Of a DNA stretch of 64,000 bases, positions 22,616 through 39,889 are shown one piece after another (within the stretch, counting starts at the first letter, position 1; each line of letters starts with the position of its first letter). The notes under the pieces were generated by a model. The model worked only from the letters and a program-made list of their open reading frames with translations. It was not told the origin of the DNA and searched no databases. Origin of the DNA: Lingula anatina. Its lineage: Eukaryota; Animalia; Brachiopoda. The DNA lies in NCBI GenBank assembly GCA_051362555.1, contig CM120641.1, positions 19,778,001 through 19,842,000 on the forward strand. Direction: 5' to 3'. A program made the position numbers and the translations under genes.

Positions 22616-23777
22616 TAGAAAATACTATAGGGCTATGGTACGGGAATATACATTTCTTAATTGTTTATTAACGCTGTCAACAAAAATGAAATGTTTTTAT
22701 ATTTATGTTGATGCCGAAAACCTTTAAAGTTTTTAGAACTTATAATAATTCAAGTCGTAACACTGCCTTTTATCTCACAAAAAAGCAATCCAGCAGCGAG
22801 TCGGAGAGTAGCCCCGCACTTGTAAGTCGACAAATCCAAACCAACGCCGTTTTTAATATAAATATGATTCAAACGACATTCACTTATCTCCTCGTGATGT
22901 CATTTTTTAAATTATGTGGTTCATGTCAGTCGATGTGCAAAGGATTGGATAGCATATACTGTTGCATGTTGAGATCCCTTTAGGATAAAATGGACGTATA
23001 GAGAGAGCGTATACATACGAGATTTTCGGGCGAAAATTTTTAATACCCAACGATCACAGTTTTCAAACTCTGAGATACCCGCTAGACACACAGTTTTAAC
23101 ATCGCTGTTTTTTCCTTACTTGGCTCGTGCCAAATGAATAGTTAATCACTCAACCTCCGGCACCAAAAAAGAAATATAACGTTCAAAATCACGTGGAACT
23201 AAAGGGATAACAACGTTTTGAAGAAAATCTTTATTTCACAATAAAACATTGTAAGCAAATCATAGTTCTAATATAATGTATTCTATTTTACCACAAAAAC
23301 GGCAGTTAAAGCAAATATTCTGAAATCTGTGCTTGCTATCGGGCCGATGTGAATTTCATAGAAGCCTATACTCTGTAATAATCTCTTAAGAGAAAAAAAA
23401 AACAAACAAACACACTTTTTAGAAAAAAAACAGGAACTAACTTTGAATGTAGAAATGGATTCATTAACCACTGGTAAGTATGGGAAAATTGTTGTTTACC
23501 CCAGGGTAATTCATTTTTTGGCCAAAATGAACAGTTGTTATCTCTTAAAGTAGCTGATAACAATTTTGCCCCCTCTTAAACATAAAAAAGGATACCTATT
23601 TTCGGACCTTTATCATTCAATGAGAATGAGGAAGCTGTTGCTAAAATTTTAGAAAATTCCCTAGCGAAAAAAAAACTAAAAAGAACCATTTGTATGACCC
23701 GTAACATTGACCCCGTTAGATGGTTTTGAGAGAAAGATAATTTGTACAAATAAGATTTGTTTGTATTGCATAGATAT

Positions 23778-23925
23778 GGTGTAACGTTTAAGATAAACGT
23801 CTCAGTCACCTGAACATCATGGGACCTCCTAAGGTGAAATATAAATAAGGACACCCACAATTAAAGAAGCACATTTTAGTTGCTTCACGCACCTGGCAAC
23901 ATCCCTACCTTACAGTAAGAGGGTA
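23778..23925 (+). promoter_or_regulatory. Cathepsin L copy 3 promoter and non-coding first exon
   Basis: agataa (23791), gtcacctga (23805), TATAAA (23840) and a donor near 23922. Paralogous to the copy 2 promoter. Confidence 0.6.
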
Positions 23926-24164
23926 ACTGCTGCAGTGTTAGATATTGCTGGGTTGTTTTCTATTTCCTAAGAGTGTACATGTACACCAAATTTAGATTAG
24001 CAAAACCGTCATATAATTGTTTGACTCTTCAAGAAAATAGCCTTTTCGACTTTTTGTGAAGTAAATCGGAGGTGCTCTGGCTGTCAACAGTCTTTTGCTT
24101 TATAGTCAAGCCTGAACGTCTTCACTACAATTACCGAATTTTTCACTCTAATATTTGCTTTCAG

Positions 24165-28912
<4,748 letters not shown>

Positions 28913-29660
28913 AACGGAACTTGTTCAGAACTGATGGTGAAAGACAGTGAATCAAATACATTTTGAAAACCTCAAGATTTAGAAACATTGGAGAGAACAT
29001 CAAGGCCCTGCAGAAATGACAACATGCTTTTGATACGTATTGTTGCCGATGGAACATAAACACACATTTTAGATCAAACCACGATAACAAGGACCATCAT
29101 CTTATCGGGAAAAAAATGTCGAACTTCATTCCAAATCATTATGCGTTTAAAGTCATTCAAGATTTTTATTATTTATCTTATGAGACAATTGTCATGAATA
29201 AAACCCATGTGGTTCTGCCGCAAAATTTTTGCCATGATTTTTCAAGTACATTCTAAGCAGTTCTTTTGATAGCATATATTGTCTGTTGTGTTGACCAAAT
29301 TTGTCTTTTCCCTTTTATTGTGTTATTTAATTGTTTATATTTCATTAAAGATCGTGAAAGAAATGACCTTGCCTTTTTTATGTTTGTTTCGTTTAAAAAG
29401 GAAAATAAGAGACCATTATACCAGTATAACAGATTTATTAAATAAAAACCCATTCTAAATCGAACTAAACGTTGGCAAAGTGAATAATCGAAATGTCACA
29501 GACATTCCTGTATGTACCTTATATTTGCTGGTATCATTTTCAGCAGAATGATGTTCCTCGTTCATAAATCAACAAAAACTCCCACGTCAAAATCCCACTG
29601 ACACAGGATTTAAGGGGTGCATACTTAGTTCGTCTCTGCTAGCGTTTCATATGGGGTTTC

Positions 29661-31959
29661 TTATTTGGAATAGGTTCCATATGATGCAATAGCGCACTGG
29701 TTGCCCCTGTTTCGGGACATGTAGATGTATCCTTGGACTCCCCATCTGGTGCTCCAGCTGAAAAAAAACATTCATACCGTTCAGGTTTACAATCACTCTC
29801 TTGATACAGATGGAGACCGGTGAATGTTACTCATAACATAAAAGATAAGCAATTAAGGGAAAAAGAAAAAGTAGACCTCAGTGGTTTTGGATAAGGTATT
29901 CCTCGGCCATGAAGGGATTCATACTGCAATGTCCAAGAAATGTAAATGTAGCGCGAATTGTATATCTATAATCAAAATATACACGTACCTGTTTTTCACC
30001 AACCAGTAAGCTTGTCCACTCATGGTTCCATAGCCAACGGCCAACACGCAATGGTCAGTGCGGTGAGTGCAAGCTGGTTCATTGTAAACTCCACCTCTGA
30101 AATTGAAAATAAAATGATGGAATTTTTCCGATAATATATAAGTGACAACCTTTTTTAAGCATTTGTTTCCAACATAACTTAAAGCGTATAACAATAATTG
30201 TTTTTGGCTCAGATTTAATATACAAAATTTTCCTTAATTTAAAAAAATAATGAAAATTAAAATAATGAGCCATGCAATTCTTTTTATATTCATGTTAAAC
30301 TTTCCTTTGTTGCTAATTTATTTGCATTCACGATAATATATAATCATATACTGGTCCATTGGAAATACCATTATATGCGTAATATATCGTTATCTCTGCT
30401 CACTTGTATGAGCCAAAAGAGCGGTGTGATGCATCAATGCAGACAGAGATTGGGCCTACGGTGGCTACGGCAGACTGGAGGGAGGACTCGCTCGCGGGAA
30501 CGTGCACCACGCCGGAAGTGGTGTATCCAACGCCACTTTTGCTGAAGTGGCAACTGCCGTCCTACATAGAAATCAGAGGTGCTAGTGCAATATGTCGTTG
30601 AATCTGTTTTTATCTTTACTCATATATCATTTTCTTGACTTCTCGGCCTACAGACAATGTACAGAGGGCGTTAATCTGTTTAACTGTGAGTTTGATTATC
30701 CTAAAAAAATTTAGATTCTTGTTCTAATCCACTGTAGCCCTATTTTAATTAAAATTTTTGCCTTAATTTAAAATTGATTGATTACCTTCATCAATACAGC
30801 GCTTTCTTTCCTTCATTAATATAAATAACTAGGGATAAAATTAAACAGTTCTAAAATGAGTAAAACCATCTCTTTATTTCGTATCAAATAGCACACCAAA
30901 ATATAGAGATTAATACAACCGAATATGTATGACTGACAATTAATGAGTGACAACTATGTATAATATGGGTTTGTGAACAACCTACCCTGCCGGTGTAGCG
31001 GTAGGCAGTTTCGGTGTCAATGCCGCCGTTTTTAGCCACATATTGGATAGCAACGTAAGGCCAACCGCCATTGCAACCACCATCACCTAGACAAAGCCAG
31101 CAGAAAAATTATGGTTAATTTCAGATTATATTTTAAAGAAAGTAAACAAACTAAGATATATGATTTTGAATATCAACATCAAGGCTTTATTCAAATATAT
31201 AATTTTTAACGATATTTCCTTGATATTTTGCTTTGTTTCATCGAAATTATAATTATCCCATTTGCACTAAGATGGAATTAATAAGTAGGCCTAAAACCGC
31301 TGCAAAAACATAGTAATTTTACATGGGCGTGAATACGACAAAAATGTCCGTCTGTTTATTTCTTGTATGTGTGTATGTCTTTACTTAAAATAAAGGCTTG
31401 ATTCTATACCATTCACGATCAGATCTGTTTTCTTAAACCTTCGCATTTTACTCTCTAATACTGGGTTCTAAATGAGAATATTTAATATGAATGAAATGAA
31501 ATTTAAAAAAAATATGACAATAATTCATTCCATTGCAAGGCGTGCAGCTTTGATGTTTACACATATGCCGTGTCACGTAACTAACTATACAAGCAATTTC
31601 AAATGTTTAATTTTTCGTGGAAAATTTTGGTAATTGCAGTTCAATAGGACAGTGTTGGTTAATGCTAGGAAAGTATCCTTAATAAAACAGGGGTACTTTC
31701 GTACTCATCCCACTCCCCATTTTAACACCTATGTACCACATCTTTGAATATACATATAAGCAATGCTCACGTTTGTCACAGTCCACCAATTGCTGCTCTG
31801 AGATAGAGACTTTTTTATGTTTCCTTAGATACGACTGTCCCTCCATGGTGCCTGTGGCGGAGAAAGCCCAGCACGACCCACACCCACCCTGGGGATAAAA
31901 AAGCAACAAAGTCTGCTGTTAACGATTCATTGTGAAACATACATATAAGTTTCGATAGA

Positions 31960-32023
<64 letters not shown>

Positions 32024-33255
32024 CTCCTATAATAAAGGTAAGCAGCTTTAACAACGGTGGACCCACAGAAAAAAAGGAATAAAGAGTAAAACGAGACAAA
32101 TTCACGACAAAATTTCCAACCCTGTGCTCCCCATCCCATGGCAAAATTGCCATCTTTTGCCGTTTTAAATTTGCCAAGTGAAGGAAGTTAAAAAGCTTGT
32201 CCTTCAGCAACCCCCCCCCCCCTTCCCAGCAGAAACCTGTGTGAAGTACACGTGAAATGTCCAGAAATGTTCTTTCCTCGCGCGCTTGCTTTTCATGCAG
32301 TTTCTCACTGGTTTGTGCAGCGTCACGAAGACGAAATTTATCATGATGCTGCCACGGGGAGTGGATCCACTCCTTTGGCCGAAACTAAACCATTGATGAA
32401 ATGCGTTTGGGTTCAAATAATCTTACGCAATATTATAACCACTTTTAATGGAACTATGAAAAGAAAAAAAACTACTTAAAATTATTTATCTAGCGACCGT
32501 GCACATATTAGCATATGATACGGAATATAAAAATATTCCTTCCATTACCTGATTCTTGACCGGGGTGACGGCACCTTTTTGTCTCCAGTCCACTGTGGAA
32601 GGTAGTTCAACGTTCAGGGGCTCCTGAAACCATTCCATACCATCGTAGGTCAGGTTCTGTGGCATAACTGCGCCGTTCATCTTCCTAACTCTTTCCTGTT
32701 GTGTCTGAATGATAGAAGAAAAAAATCGTAGTGTTGCCCATTAGTCATCACTTTCATATCTGTAAGGAAGATACAATGACACTTCGATATACATTGGACA
32801 TAATACACTGCTCCATCCATTAGGGAAGTAATAGCTTGTCTTTAAGGATAAATAATAAAAAATCAGATCTAAATGTAAACTTCATAAACATATAAAGAGA
32901 GTGAATTCCACTGTTGAAGAAATAAGGTGAGAAGGAGATTTCGATATTGTAAGTCATGAGTTTCATACGGCTGGTCTTGCATACAACAACATCTATCAAA
33001 TGTCTAACTTACCATGTCAGAAAATTGGTTGATTCCCACCCAGTAAGTGTGGACTCCCATGTCGTATTCCCTGTTATGTTTGGCCACCCATTGCACCGAG
33101 TCCTCCCAGAGATTTCTTCTGTAACAGTCTTCAGTTGGGGTCTCGTAAACTTTGTTGTGGAATTTTTTGTATACTTCCCATTCGTCGTCCAACTTCTGGT
33201 TGCATTTGCAAGCCAGAGCGACTGACGCGCAGGCAAGCAGAACTAAATATTTCAT
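29661..33255 (-). CDS. Divergent cathepsin L-like cysteine protease, copy 4
   Basis: Exons 33255-33013, 32704-32549, 31888-31771, 31086-30986, 30561-30404, 30096-29989 and 29757-29661. Signal peptide [37 protein letters not shown]|[37 protein letters not shown] and KNSWS. The catalytic Q/C/H/N residues are retained. Confidence 0.92.
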
Positions 33256-33638
33256 CTGGAGGAGAAAAACATGAAAATCACATTGACGTGCGAACACTTT
33301 GGAAAACAGGGACAAAACAAGTGGATTCAGATGTGGTCTTGTAGCTGCTTAAATGAAAGCTCATGTATGACTTCCTATCTGTCGCCAAGAGTACTGTAAT
33401 GTACTGTAATTGTATGTATATCTGTGAAAAGTAAGGAGTAATAAGTGGAAAATAGATCATACAATACATTTATCTAAAGTAGGCAAATTTACGTTCATAA
33501 AATACCATTGATTGAACCTAAGAAATGTATTTTACACTGAATAAACGATTTCGACTGAATCAATGAAGCGGAACAAAGTGTGCTGGTCTACACCAAAAGT
33601 ATTACAAGAGGTGTTTCTAAGGTAAAAGTAAACTGTAC

Positions 33639-33855
33639 CTTGGGAACGTCTACTCTTCGCCACAGTCCAGTCCAATTGAAACCAATCAGCTAAACTAAGG
33701 GATTTATATCATCCTCTGTATCAGCTGCACACGTTCCTGGTTGGTTCTTATCAAAATCATGCGACTCGTCATTGTAACATGATGTGGTTAAACGCACACT
33801 TTTTACCTTGTCATCAATATCAGTATCATCCCTTGTCAGCTGAACCTGGTGACTT
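33639..33855 (-). promoter_or_regulatory. Cathepsin copy 4 promoter and short non-coding first exon
   Basis: On the minus strand: TATAAA (33708-33703), GATAAG (33752-33747), GTCACCAG (33853-33846) and donor aag|gtacag at 33639/33638. The next acceptor abuts the ATG, as in copies 1-3. Confidence 0.55.
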
Positions 33856-33906
33856 TCCGTATAATGACACGGAGGGGGGGGGGGGGAGAGTGGGGATTGC
33901 ATTGAT

Positions 33907-33951
<45 letters not shown>

Positions 33952-36251
33952 AGTATACTTGCAGTTTGAAATGTGTGGTATTTAATCGTTTTCTTACTAT
34001 TACTAGGTCACAACATATACTGTAAGGGATATGTACTGTCACTGCACGGTCAAACTGATAAAAAATGGCTGTATCATTGTAATGATATCATAATAATCTT
34101 TTCATAAATAGTTTTGGAAGCTAAATTAAACCACCGTGTTCTACATGTGTTACAAGTTAGATAAAATATTGTCATTACGGTGACGAGTTTGATCAATGGT
34201 GGTTTACATGATATGAATAGAGATGCATGAAAATTTGATACTCGTGTGAGCACATTGCGCGCTCGTCTCTTTCTATTCATTTAACTAATAATAACAGACA
34301 CAGGCATAGGCGGTACTAAATGTGTTTATTTTAATTGTAATTAAATGCAAGTGTATTTGTAGTGTCATGTTATGCATAAAAAGAACTAGGGGTGACCATT
34401 AGCCCCCGCCACATACAGTATGACCTGTCAACACTCGGGAGTTTCGCGATTTTGGGACATATCTCCCGATCTCCCGATCTATCTCTCTTTTCTCTTGATT
34501 TCGTTAGAAATGAAAGAGAGACTCCATTCACGAAAACGAGCCGTCACATGATTTCTTTCTTAGTTTCATTTAAGGAGGGTAGTAATTGCGGTAACAATGA
34601 GGAAATGGCAAAGACAAAACCACGTCCGATTTTTGTATTTGTACCATCATGACCGTTGTCATGGGACGAAGCTTGATCCGAAAGGAACCGAGATACCGAA
34701 CATTTAAACCGCGGGCATTGTTTGTATTAATTGTTTTAAGGGTAGACTTCCTCAGTTAACGTTAAAATGAACACCATCTGGCCCAGCTGAGAAAGCGGAC
34801 CTTCTCCCGAACTTCCTGGCTACGGGCCTGCTTATCCATAATACTTTGGATATTTTTTGTCTTTTCTCCAAGTTTTGGTAGCTGCATGAGGGAATCTGAC
34901 TCATGATCTGAAAAGCAGAAGAATAAGTGTCTCATTAAACAGAGGTGGTTACGTGATAAATTTAGGAAACAATCCTCTCTGCTGCACAAAAAAGTAGCTT
35001 TTTAATCTTCAAAGTGTTTTCGGTTTTGCTTAAATGAAAAAAAAATTTTTGAACAAATTCTATTTGTGCTGCTTTGAACATTATATGTGTGGACAGTGGT
35101 AAAGAACTAAACTGCTTTTTAACCTAGCAATGCCGGTCAGTAAATTTGGAGACAAAAATATGAGAACAACAAAGCATTTTATTTGTTTACAAATATACTA
35201 TCAAATGCGACTGTCATCTGCCAGTGTCTTAGACACCATGCATTCACGTGCCTATCTCAAGGCTCAGACACACCTAGCGTAAATTGAGTATCGATGTACA
35301 TGTATTTGTATGGTTTATGATTGATTCAGTTTTGTCGGTATATGATAAGTCTCACAGGTTTTGGCCAATGATAAACGCAGGAGTGATTACTACTCATTTA
35401 TTTAAATGAGGTCTCCTTATATAAGCTGACGTTATGAGTTACTATTCATTCAGCCAAGAGTCAAACTAGTTAACGTGTATAGTGTATAATGACCATTGTT
35501 GTTTCTATTTTCTGGGTGTTAGTTTTTGATATTATTTTTCTCATATACTGTTGGAAATGTGCGCAAAAGATTTGTTAAAATATGTTATTGCATTGGTGCG
35601 AAAATTACAATAAAAGCCACAGGGTGTTTACACGCTTACTTCAGTTTGGCTTCTGTGGCAAATACTACAAGTTTTAATTGTTGTTTTTTATTTATTTGAA
35701 TCAAGAGTGAAGAGTTTACAAATTATTTATGTTCGTTTGAATAGACGAATAAGAACACAATACGTTAAATCGGTTATAAGCACAATTTTGAAATAACCCT
35801 TTTCCAGCGTATGACAAAAACATATAAGAGACGTATGAACATTTTTACAATTCTCAAAAATCATTTTTATCTCCCTCCAGAACACCTCGAGTATAAGTGA
35901 GAGGTTGTTCAAGACATAAATCGCGAGAAGGTGGCAGTGTGTTATTTGACATTCAGACCGAGAACAAGCAATCGCAATTCACCTAAAACACCCTTCAAAC
36001 CGAATAAAGCGTATATCGCCACGATCACATAACATCTATTCCATTCACTAACCACGCCAGTATCTTACAGTAATCACTCGGCGTATGTTTATAGCCAGCT
36101 ACCCTAAGATTCAGATAGTGATGGAAACTTACTCTGTTATCGGCAAATCTCTGCCGTTTCAAGTAGTAGAAACGGGAGGGAGTTGCTGGTCATGAAGGCT
36201 ACCTTCATGCAGTTCTGGAAACTGCAGAGGCTTGTAATATAGTAATGTGTC

Positions 36252-36289
<38 letters not shown>

Positions 36290-38121
36290 GCAACACACTA
36301 AAAAAGGTTCGCTTTCCTGTAAACTCTTTAACTCAGGGTGTCCACATCTTGAGCGGATAATAACCTGTCTACCTTCGTACAATGTGCACTGGAGTACTGA
36401 TAACTGTTACACACTAATTGCGTAGATGACTGTTCTCGTTTGCGCCTTGTCAAAAAGCAGGGCTTTATGTTCAAGCTGCAATCATTTCCATGTGTTTCAC
36501 AAGAAAAAACGTCGTAAGAGTTTCGGATTTGTACCTGCGCTGCATCCCCTTGTATTTGCCCATACTCTGTTACTAGAGAGACACGAATCCGTGTCCACAC
36601 ATCTCAATAAGTGGAGACTATAGGTAAAGATACGATGTCGATCTTCCAATAGAAAAGCGCGCCATTGTAAACGACATCTTCTCCAAACGAAGACGGAACT
36701 TATTTCACTTCGTAGATTATTGCAACACTCTTATATTGGTAAGTGGTAACTCAAATGTAACTTTGATCATTTTCAAAGGATGCAGTTAGTCAAAGAGAAT
36801 ATACCTCCAGTATTCTGGTAGATATGTAACTCAATTTTCTATGGCAATAATCAAAAGGCCTTGGTGAACTGTATTCGAATATGAAGTTTCGCTCTTCCTA
36901 TAATCGATATTAGTTAGATTGTAGTTTTGGTTTTGGTCAAAGGGGTGAGTTTTTAACGGGTCTTCTTCAACACAGAAATAATTATCTTAATTGAGACCTT
37001 ATGTAGAAAGTGGCGATTTTGGTCTTGCCTTTGGTCAAAAGGATGAATTAACAAATTCTTGGTCAGTCCACAGCTGTCACAGAAGGTCATTACGTACATA
37101 GGCTACCTGACCGGCTTCCAAACTATTTTAAAATAGTATAAGTGCTTCAGTTGTTTGGCTTGGTTCAATAGCTGACTCCACTCTGTTGTTTATCTTTGAT
37201 GTACAGCTTGACAGGTTTCTAACTTTCATTTAATAAAAGCACTTTAAAAAACAGTTAAAACTTCACCAGGTATCTGATCAGAGGGGCGGAAAAGGTCTGC
37301 TACGCAACGCTGCACCGGCTAGATAACATACCGTAAAGAGATGCACCTTCATAATTACTGAGTGCTCAGCGAAATCTTCATTATGATCCATATGTTAAGT
37401 AATGAATATTTATATTATTTATATTATCTTGATCCATATCTACCTAACAGAATGTTGAGGTCAGGATGTAAAAGAGGAGTCCTTATTCAGTTTACTGGTA
37501 TAGATGGTGTCCTCATTCCATTCATTGGCATTGTTAGGAAGATCGTTCCGGATCCGCTTGGGCTTATAAATCTGACTGTATTCAAGTACGGAGTCGGGGG
37601 TTGAGCAACGTTGACAGCTGGCTGCATATGGATGTTATTTGTTGCAAAAATCATGTTGTCTTGTCGCATCCTGTCGGCACTTTTTTCTTTTCCTTTAGTA
37701 CATGTAAGACTGACTTTTCTTTTAGTACTTTTATGCGCTCACTTTTTACATTGATGATTACACCCGTTTGTGTTTTCATAGCATTCACCTTCTCTTCTAC
37801 TAAAGTTGAGATGTCTCTTTTAAAACCGTTTGAAACTGGCTATTTATCTAATATAACATCAAAATAATTCTTATGCGATCCCTTCGTATTTATCAACCCC
37901 TTGCTGTTATTTCTAAATTCATTTATACTATTAAATGTGTACAATTGTTCTACAATTGCTGTATAATTCTTGCTAATCGACTTACCCATTTTGGCATGAC
38001 ACGTGATTTTTATTGTCGTACATGTAAAAAATTGCAAAAATGTTTCTACGAGTATACTTTCCCTATGTGAATTTTAAAACTCTTTCTTACAGAATACTTG
38101 GGCGTGGTATAAACCTCCGCC

Positions 38122-39174
38122 ATGGATGCTGGTGAAGCTAACGTGACTCTGGCATCTTATGACACAACCGAGAAATCCACCGACGCCCTGAAGATCAACG
38201 GGAGTAATGAGACAACGACTTACTACTACTATCAGTCATCGTGGTACAAGCCTATGGTGGTGACAGCGTTTATCTTGCTAATGACATTAATATGTGTTGG
38301 GAACGCCCTGGTGCTCGCTGCGTACTGCAAAGCTCGCAGGCTGCGGACCAGAAGCAATTTGGTGATGATCCAACTTCCGGTGACAGATTTCATTGGCGGC
38401 CTTTTGTTAGTGTTTCACATTGTGACATTCTTGGTTTTCGACACTATTAAGTGGCTGTACCTGTGTATCCTGAGATATTGTCTGACGATTTTTCCGGGTA
38501 TGGCGACAGTGTTTGCCTTGCTGATGATCACTGTTGAGAGATACTACGCCATTCTGCATCCTCTGAAACACCGACAGCGGCACTATGCAAAATGGTCTTT
38601 AGTCATCGGCCTTTCGGTCTGGATACCCTCTTCATTCGTCGGCCTTATTCTTCCATTCGTTTGGCACAAAGACTGGTCCTATGACAAAGATAAAGATTGC
38701 GAAATGTCGTTAGTTCTTCCAGAACACTATTTAGGCAGTTTACTTTGCTCCGGCTTCACCATTGTTGCCTCTTGTATCGTCTATATGTACATCAGAATAG
38801 AGAGAGCTGTTCGCCAGTCAAACTTTACAGTCAAAGAAAAGGACGTGAAACTGTCAAAAACTGTGGTATTAATCCTTGCATGTTTTTTCACGTGTTGGGC
38901 TCCCTTGATAATAATGCTGGGTGTATTTAGTTCTCCTCTTATTCAATACACGCCGACAACAATAACTATTCGATTCTTCCTGATGAACTTGGCCACATTG
39001 AATTCCGCCCTAAACCCGATCATATACGCAATTCGGCTACCAGAGTTTCGGAAAGCAATTTGGGAAATGGTCACCGGTAGAAAACCTATGAGAAGGAACA
39101 CAGTCAGCTCTTCTGACTGTTATTCCACCAGTAATACAAGAACTAGGTCGTCCGTTCGTTCTGATATTGTTTAG
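38122..39174 (+). CDS. Rhodopsin-like (class A) GPCR, single coding exon, ligand unknown
   Basis: 350-aa ORF with 7 hydrophobic segments, GN in TM1, LPVTD in TM2, ERY at the end of TM3, CWAP in TM6 and NSALNPIIY in TM7. N-terminal N-glycosylation sequons (NVT, NGS, NET). Kozak ccgccATGG, with an acceptor at 38091 just upstream. Confidence 0.93.
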   Translation: MDAGEANVTLASYDTTEKSTDALKINGSNETTTYYYYQSSWYKPMVVTAFILLMTLICVGNALVLAAYCKARRLRTRSNLVMIQLPVTDFIGGLLLVFHIVTFLVFDTIKWLYLCILRYCLTIFPGMATVFALLMITVERYYAILHPLKHRQRHYAKWSLVIGLSVWIPSSFVGLILPFVWHKDWSYDKDKDCEMSLVLPEHYLGSLLCSGFTIVASCIVYMYIRIERAVRQSNFTVKEKDVKLSKTVVLILACFFTCWAPLIIMLGVFSSPLIQYTPTTITIRFFLMNLATLNSALNPIIYAIRLPEFRKAIWEMVTGRKPMRRNTVSSSDCYSTSNTRTRSSVRSDIV

Positions 39175-39668
39175 GTATGATATTGATTAGAACTATTATA
39201 TACACGCAAGTCTATATGATAATTAAGAAATAGATATTCGAAGAACAGATACAAAGCATGGTGTTTAGAGCTAAATTAAAAGTAAAGGGCTATTTTCAAC
39301 TGGTTGGCTTCTTTATTGTAAAGAAAAACTTGAGTTTATTTCATAATCTCAGACATTTTTATAACTCTGATATTGCGTTCCTTTGATATAAATCGTTGAT
39401 AAATAGGCCCTTTATTGAATGTTAGAAATAGTAATAACAGTTAAAGTTGATGATTCATTTATTTTTCTATAATAGCATAAAGTGAAGTTTGTTAATTTTG
39501 AGCTATTTGTAGTTCAATAAATATATATATAAAACACTTGTATGCAACGTGCGTTCACCCCTGGCAAGGGCAAATTATTGTTTGATGAATACATTCAAGT
39601 GTGAGAAAGTTTATACTAAATTAGTTCGGATTTAGTAAGAACAGCTCTGGGTGTTCTAAGGTTTCTAA

Positions 39669-39889
39669 CACCCCATTTCCATAGATTAGATCTACCTACT
39701 TTAGATCGACCTAACTCCCTGGGGGTTCACGCTAAATACATGTAGCTGTCAGCCGGGCGGACACGAAAGTTAATTACCCCCTTACAGCTTGTAGTAGGTG
39801 AGACGGACATTTAAGTCGGATTATCTGAAAGTAATCTAGTGAGACTCCCCGCGGGGATAGATCGATCTAAAATCTATGGGAATAGAGCC
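39669..39889. mobile_element. PIF/Harbinger (Tourist-like) MITE, family copy B
   Basis: Same interior as 22407-22615 (tttagatcgacctaactccctgggggttcacgctaaat...taatctagtgagactcccc). TIRs caccccatttccatagatt / aatctatgggaatagagcc, TSD TAA. Confidence 0.75.

Noticed and set aside
33690-33902. 70-aa minus-strand ORF as an upstream coding exon or read-through into cathepsin copy 4
   Set aside because: It overlaps the TATA/GATA promoter motifs of copy 4, shows no recognisable homology, and could not be joined to a start codon convincingly.
34388-34680. hAT-like end (tagggtgaccatt-like start, ctcccgat repeats)
   Set aside because: No matching opposite terminus or TSD was found; at most a fragment.
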